Part shown: in pieces, positions 59,372 through 64,000 of the stretch
How the letters are laid out: each line of letters opens with the position of its first letter
Position numbering within the stretch: position 1 is the first letter of the stretch
NCBI GenBank assembly: GCA_051013385.1
Contig: CP143273.1
Location: 192,001-256,000 of the forward strand
Origin: Phormidium sp.
Lineage (GTDB): Bacteria; Cyanobacteriota; Cyanobacteriia; Cyanobacteriales; Aerosakkonemataceae
Direction of reading: 5' to 3'
Length of the DNA: 64,000 bases
The notes under the pieces: model-generated
Told to the model about the DNA's origin: nothing
Databases searched by the model: none
The model's input: the letters and a program-made list of their open reading frames with translations, nothing else
Position numbers and translations under genes: made by a program

Positions 59372-59608
59372 GTGGTAAGTTTATTTGTGCGGGAAAAAGT
59401 TGAGATGTTTTCAGAAGTGTTTATTGGAACGGTGGAAAAGACTATTACTCAAAATCAGCCAGGAAGAGTTAAATGTTTGGGTAGTTATTGGCCTGCTCGA
59501 TTTTATCATTCTAATTGTGATGTTATTGTTTTTCCTGATGATTTTGTGCAGGTTGTTGGTAGACAGGGAATTACTATGCTTGTGGTTTCGGGAAGTTTGG
59601 GAAATTAA
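59372..59608 (+). CDS. NfeD-like C-terminal OB-fold small protein
   Basis: GRVKCLGSYWPAR, VQVVGRQGITMLV; GGAGG RBS before GTG. Confidence 0.75.
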   Translation: MVSLFVREKVEMFSEVFIGTVEKTITQNQPGRVKCLGSYWPARFYHSNCDVIVFPDDFVQVVGRQGITMLVVSGSLGN

Positions 59609-59627
59609 TCATAATGGTTTGATTTTT

Positions 59628-59754
59628 CAGCCCGCCCGGAAATCAATTTCCGGGCTAATAGCTAAAGTCCACTGAAGTGGACTGAAGAAAAATATTTCAG
59701 TCCGTTTGAACGGACTTTCGCTATTAGCCTGCGATTTGAATCGCAGGTGGGCTG
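59628..59754. repeat. Long composite palindromic element
   Basis: CAGCCCGCC...GGCTAATAGC.AAAGTCC / GGACTTTCGCTATTAGCC...GGTGGGCTG; half copy at 63058-63111. Confidence 0.75.
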
Positions 59755-59798
59755 TAAGCGTAGCCATTAAATCTGTTTCCAGTTAACCTTTCTAGGGT

Positions 59799-59996
59799 TC
59801 ATTTTGCAATAAAATATTCAACAGATCGAGGGTTATCCATTTGTTTAGAAGCATCTAATATTTCTAATCCTACGATATTTCCTTCTTTGTCATAATCAAC
59901 AATAAATCCAGGTTTTTCTTCGTCGCTTTCTTCTATTTGTGAATTGTTAAAGATGATTCTCATAACATCTACATTTGGATGGTAGATAATTTTCAT
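59799..59996 (-). CDS. DUF2283-like small protein (orphan antitoxin type)
   Basis: VDYDKEGNIVGLEILDASK. Confidence 0.8.
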   Translation of the reverse strand: MKIIYHPNVDVMRIIFNNSQIEESDEEKPGFIVDYDKEGNIVGLEILDASKQMDNPRSVEYFIAK

Positions 59997-60026
59997 GGCT
60001 GTCTCCAATATTTATCGATTCAGCAG

Positions 60027-62405
60027 TTAATGATTTTTCCCATTTTCCATCGCCTGTCGCACTTTTTCAACTTGCTTAGGTGCTTCCATTTCGGTGAAGA
60101 GTTGAATTGCTTGCTGAAAATTTGGCTGACTTTTTTCGGTGTCTCCCATTTTTTGATAGGTTAAGGCAAGTTGATAGTAAGCTTCGGCTAAGTCGCATTT
60201 AGCACCTATTTTTTCTAGGAGTTCTATTGATTCTGTATGATGGGAAAGTGCTGTTGTAAAATCTCCTTGTTCTCGATAAAGTTCTGCTAGACTATAGAGA
60301 GCTTTAGCTTCAACTATAATAAAAGAACTATTCTTTGCATAATCAATAGCTGTTTTATACATAAGTTTAGCTTTTTCATTTTTTTGGAGATTTTTATATG
60401 TTAGTCCTAAAAAAACCAAGCTATTTCCTGCGCTCCAAGCTCCCCATTGTGGGGTAATAACTTCGTTATAAATAGGTAAGACTAAATAAGATGCTTCTTG
60501 CTTTAAACCTATCTCTGAGTACAAAAAAGCTAAACAACATGAAGCTTGGATTGCAAGACGCGGATAACCAATTTCTCCAGCATTCAACCTAATTTCTTCT
60601 AATATTTTTATTGCGGTGTTTGTTTCTCCTAAATAAATATAACAACAACCAATATTAAAGATAGAGTATTGTTTAACAGTTTCTAACATATTTTCATAAT
60701 TATCTTCGTTATTATAATTTATAATTTTCTCAGCAATTACCCAAGGTTCTTGATGGGATTTAATGGATTTTTCAGCAATTACCCAAGCTTCTTGATGGGA
60801 TTTAATGGATTTTACGATATCACCTATTAACCAATATAAGTTACCTAGTGTATTATAAAGCCTGCTGAGAGTATAACCAGGTTTTAAATGATCTATAATA
60901 AAATTAATTGCTTTAAGCGTTGATTGTAGAATGCCTAATTTATAAAGACTTCTCCCAAAATTTTCACCTGTTTTCCATTCCGACCACTTATTTTTTCTTT
61001 CTTTTATCAGTACATCAGCAGCCATGTCAAAATCATTAATTTCAACATAGTGATAATATGCCTCAAAAGCTTTCAGCGCATCCTCGATAGTTTCAATCGT
61101 CTCAACACTCTCAGTCCAAAACTCAGCCGCTTTCCGATTAGCTGTCTCCCAATCTTCACTTTCCCTAAACCTTTTTATCGTTTCTGCCCGAATCACTGGA
61201 TGTAGCCAGTATTCACCATTGTCAAATTCTACTAAAGACTTATCTTTCAACGATTTAATTACCCGCCGATGTTGATTATTTGGCACATCCCAAAGCAAAC
61301 AAAACAAACCATTTTCAGGAACTCTTGGAACATCTTGATATCGATAACATCCCAAACGGCAGAGAAGTTTATAAGCAGATGAATCGAGTTGTTGCAAGCG
61401 ATCGAACTGACTAACAACCAACCCTTCTAATTCTCTCTCAATTAACAAATCATCTTTATTTGCTTGCCAATAAGCCGCTAAACTATTGTTATACTCCTTA
61501 ATCGCACCAGGGAAAATTTGCATAGCTTTGGCATTTCCCCCGTAAGCTTGGTGCATTGCATTCAGCACTTCTGTATCTATCTGAATATTGCGGCTGTTAA
61601 AAAACTTTTCCCATGCAGCGATATCTAAACCTTCCAAGCGATAATTCTCAACTGTTACCGCTGCTTCGCGTAAGCATTCGCGGCTGGTAATTAGGGTAAC
61701 AGATTGCACTGCTGGATCTGCTAAAGCAGTGAATAATTCCACATATTTTCGATGCGCTTCAATACACCTGCCTTTTTCATCTAGTGCTGGTTCCAAATTA
61801 TCAATTAATATGCCTATTCTTTGGTTGGGATTTCGCAACTTCTGCCTCAATCTATCCAGGGTAACGCCAAATTCTCGCCCTGGTTCTTCATCAAAATATC
61901 GCCGCAACCATTCCTCAATTACACTTTCAGCTGAGGTAATATTTTGAGTTTCTTTTGCCATCCGCAGATCGAGTATTTTATCGAATCCCTGCGTGTGGAG
62001 AAATTGCCACGCCAGCGTTGTTTTGCCGATACCGCCTTTTCCGTGAATGACGATCGCCTTTGCACCTTGTTGGATTAGGTTTTTCAGATCTGCGATCGCA
62101 CCCTCCCGCCCCACAAAATTCGGATCTAGCTTGGGTGGCAATACCTTCACAGTCACAGTCAGGTCGTTTTCCTCTAACTGTAGCCCCAATGCTGTGAACA
62201 AAGCCTCGATCGAGGGTCGATCAACCTTTTCTTTCCGTCGCCGTATCTTTGAAACAGTGTCGGGATGTAACTTGGATAGTTCGGCTAAACGTTCATTAGA
62301 ACATTTACCGTCAAACTTTTCCTCTAGCGCATTTTGGAATTTATTCCAGCCATTCTCGCTGAGGACACGACTCCCCCGATCCCGTTCTGTTTTCTGTTGA
62401 TTCAT
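60027..62405 (-). CDS. HTH - NB-ARC/STAND NTPase - TPR protein
   Basis: N-terminal HTH-like ERLAELSKLHPDTVSKI; FVGRE, GKGGIGKT, ILIDNLE, LITSR, LHP; C-terminal TPRs. Confidence 0.88.
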   Translation of the reverse strand: MNQQKTERDRGSRVLSENGWNKFQNALEEKFDGKCSNERLAELSKLHPDTVSKIRRRKEKVDRPSIEALFTALGLQLEENDLTVTVKVLPPKLDPNFVGREGAIADLKNLIQQGAKAIVIHGKGGIGKTTLAWQFLHTQGFDKILDLRMAKETQNITSAESVIEEWLRRYFDEEPGREFGVTLDRLRQKLRNPNQRIGILIDNLEPALDEKGRCIEAHRKYVELFTALADPAVQSVTLITSRECLREAAVTVENYRLEGLDIAAWEKFFNSRNIQIDTEVLNAMHQAYGGNAKAMQIFPGAIKEYNNSLAAYWQANKDDLLIERELEGLVVSQFDRLQQLDSSAYKLLCRLGCYRYQDVPRVPENGLFCLLWDVPNNQHRRVIKSLKDKSLVEFDNGEYWLHPVIRAETIKRFRESEDWETANRKAAEFWTESVETIETIEDALKAFEAYYHYVEINDFDMAADVLIKERKNKWSEWKTGENFGRSLYKLGILQSTLKAINFIIDHLKPGYTLSRLYNTLGNLYWLIGDIVKSIKSHQEAWVIAEKSIKSHQEPWVIAEKIINYNNEDNYENMLETVKQYSIFNIGCCYIYLGETNTAIKILEEIRLNAGEIGYPRLAIQASCCLAFLYSEIGLKQEASYLVLPIYNEVITPQWGAWSAGNSLVFLGLTYKNLQKNEKAKLMYKTAIDYAKNSSFIIVEAKALYSLAELYREQGDFTTALSHHTESIELLEKIGAKCDLAEAYYQLALTYQKMGDTEKSQPNFQQAIQLFTEMEAPKQVEKVRQAMENGKNH

Positions 62406-62661
62406 CGCCTATCCGCCTAAAACCCTGGTTGCCAAAGTTACACCGATCTTAAGGGAGATAATAGCGCGTTTGCCGATCTTAAGGCAGGGAAGCAACGTGA
62501 AAAGCTATCGTTTCCGCAAGCTGGGAAGTGCTTAGGCGCGAGTTTCCCAGAATTTTAGCGAAAACAACTAAAGTTCCTGCCTATCTCCTGAATCTCCTCT
62601 GGTTGAGATTGTTGGAAAGTTAGAAACTGGATTCAGTTAATGAATTAGGAGTCCTACCCCA

Positions 62662-62934
62662 ATGGAAGACAAACTTTTTCAAAAATTCGTAACTGCCCTG
62701 GGTGTTACTGCCAGTATAATCACCATTTGGCATGATTCCCACGCTTTAGCAGTTGCGTCGGGTGTGGCGATAACATTATTACCTATTTCAGTGAAAAAAC
62801 AAAACAATAAACATCTGCTAAAAGTCCAAATTTCCGATTATATTCATCTGCGTTTATCTGCGTTTATCTGCTTTCATCTGCGGTTAAAAATTAGGAAGGG
62901 GAATTTTTTCCAGAAGTCTAATAAAGATGAATAA
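62662..62934 (+). CDS. Small hydrophobic protein divergent from the STAND gene
   Basis: AGGAG RBS; two hydrophobic segments; 3' part reads through a repeat tract. Confidence 0.45.
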   Translation: MEDKLFQKFVTALGVTASIITIWHDSHALAVASGVAITLLPISVKKQNNKHLLKVQISDYIHLRLSAFICFHLRLKIRKGNFFQKSNKDE

Positions 62935-63177
62935 TAATTTAAACCATCATACCAAGCAAACATAAATCAGGGCGGGTTTTGTTGTGAGATTATCTGTAGG
63001 AAACAAAGATTATCTGCTAAACCCGCCCCTACAAGGAAACTGAAATTATCATTTTTAGTCCTCTTTAGAGGAGTTTCGCTATTAGCCTGGGGTTTGAACC
63101 CCAGGCGGGCTAACATCGCAAATGCAAAATCTCAATTTTCTCTTCTCTTCCCTTCGCGTTCTTCGCATCTTCGCGGT

Positions 63178-64000
63178 TCAATTTAAAACTGTATCTAACA
63201 ACAAATCAGCCCCAAAACGCACTACATCTGTACAAGGCAAACCTGTTTCTATCTTAACTTGCTCGATCGCCTTTCCAGCCCCTTCTTCATCCAAATGTGC
63301 GGTATTCAGCGCGATCGCACTTACCCTAACCTCAGCAAAAGCACCCGCACAAAAAGCCACACTTTCATACAATTTCACCACCTCCGACAAAGGCGGAATC
63401 ACAACATGGGGAAGGTTGCGAATGTGAGATTGTCCTGCCCGATGTACTAATATTAAATGTGTGGGTTGAGAACCGCGTAAAAGTGGTAAAGTTGCCGTTG
63501 AACCTGGATGTAAAAGCGAACCTTGTCCCTCTACAAACAGGATTTCATTTTCTTCGCCATGACGCATTACTAACTGTTCAACTGCACCAGCAGCGAAGTC
63601 AACTCGGATGGCATCTAAAGGAATTCCATCACCAGAAATCATAATTCCTGCTTGTCCAGTTCCCAGGAATTTTGATTTTAAACCTCGGTTTTGGGCGGCT
63701 TTATTTAATTCTAAACAAGTTGACATTTTGCCAACTGCCATATCAGTTCCAACTGCTAATATACGACGACAGATTAGCGATCGCGCCTTTGCACTCCCCA
63801 CACCTAAACCCGCAGGTTCTTGACGAATATCCCAAATCCATTGTTCGGGTTTTATTAACTTTTGAATTTCTGGATCTTTACTTAACAAAGTGTGTAATCC
63901 ATTCATCACCGATAAACCAGCAGCTACCCCTTGTCTAATTTCTTGCAACCAAGGTTCTGGTAAAATTCCCCCAGAAGGTGCAATCCCAATTGCTAATACA
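63178..64000 (-). CDS. DUF1611 P-loop protein (5' end outside the window)
   Basis: VGTDMAVGKM, TGQAGI, VEGQGSL. Confidence 0.88.
   Translation of the reverse strand, partial: VLAIGIAPSGGILPEPWLQEIRQGVAAGLSVMNGLHTLLSKDPEIQKLIKPEQWIWDIRQEPAGLGVGSAKARSLICRRILAVGTDMAVGKMSTCLELNKAAQNRGLKSKFLGTGQAGIMISGDGIPLDAIRVDFAAGAVEQLVMRHGEENEILFVEGQGSLLHPGSTATLPLLRGSQPTHLILVHRAGQSHIRNLPHVVIPPLSEVVKLYESVAFCAGAFAEVRVSAIALNTAHLDEEGAGKAIEQVKIETGLPCTDVVRFGADLLLDTVLN

Overview
Chromosomal window from a filamentous-type cyanobacterium, judged from abundant HIP1 GCGATCGC, petB-petD, cyanophycin synthetase and many short dispersed repeats. Housekeeping genes (sdhA, tyrA, petBD, valS, ABC-F, HtrA, PrxQ) alternate with accessory blocks. 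(1) 1-3.4 kb is rearrangement debris: topA and CHAT fragments and an IS4 element. (2) 7-15 kb is a toxin-antitoxin-rich island around a TPR-CHAT protease, a small protein and a 2TM protein. (3) 26.7-32.9 kb is a tightly linked operon encoding a coiled-coil protein, a transmembrane BON/OmpA protein with a cytoplasmic roadblock/longin-like domain, a Ras/Rab-like small GTPase and a PAS-GAF adenylate/guanylate cyclase; this is the best candidate for a poorly described system. (4) An OmpR/HK pair has an apparent 11-bp-period binding array in front of both htrA and an unannotated 29-aa membrane peptide. (5) 57.8-63 kb holds an Rpn nuclease with a free-standing copy of its C-terminal cassette, and an HTH-STAND-TPR gene sharing an operator-like motif with two small flanking genes. 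Several MITEs with clear target-site duplications are visible, including one inserted in frame in the CHAT gene. No rRNA, tRNA or CRISPR array was recognised. All family assignments come from motifs read by eye; no database search was run.
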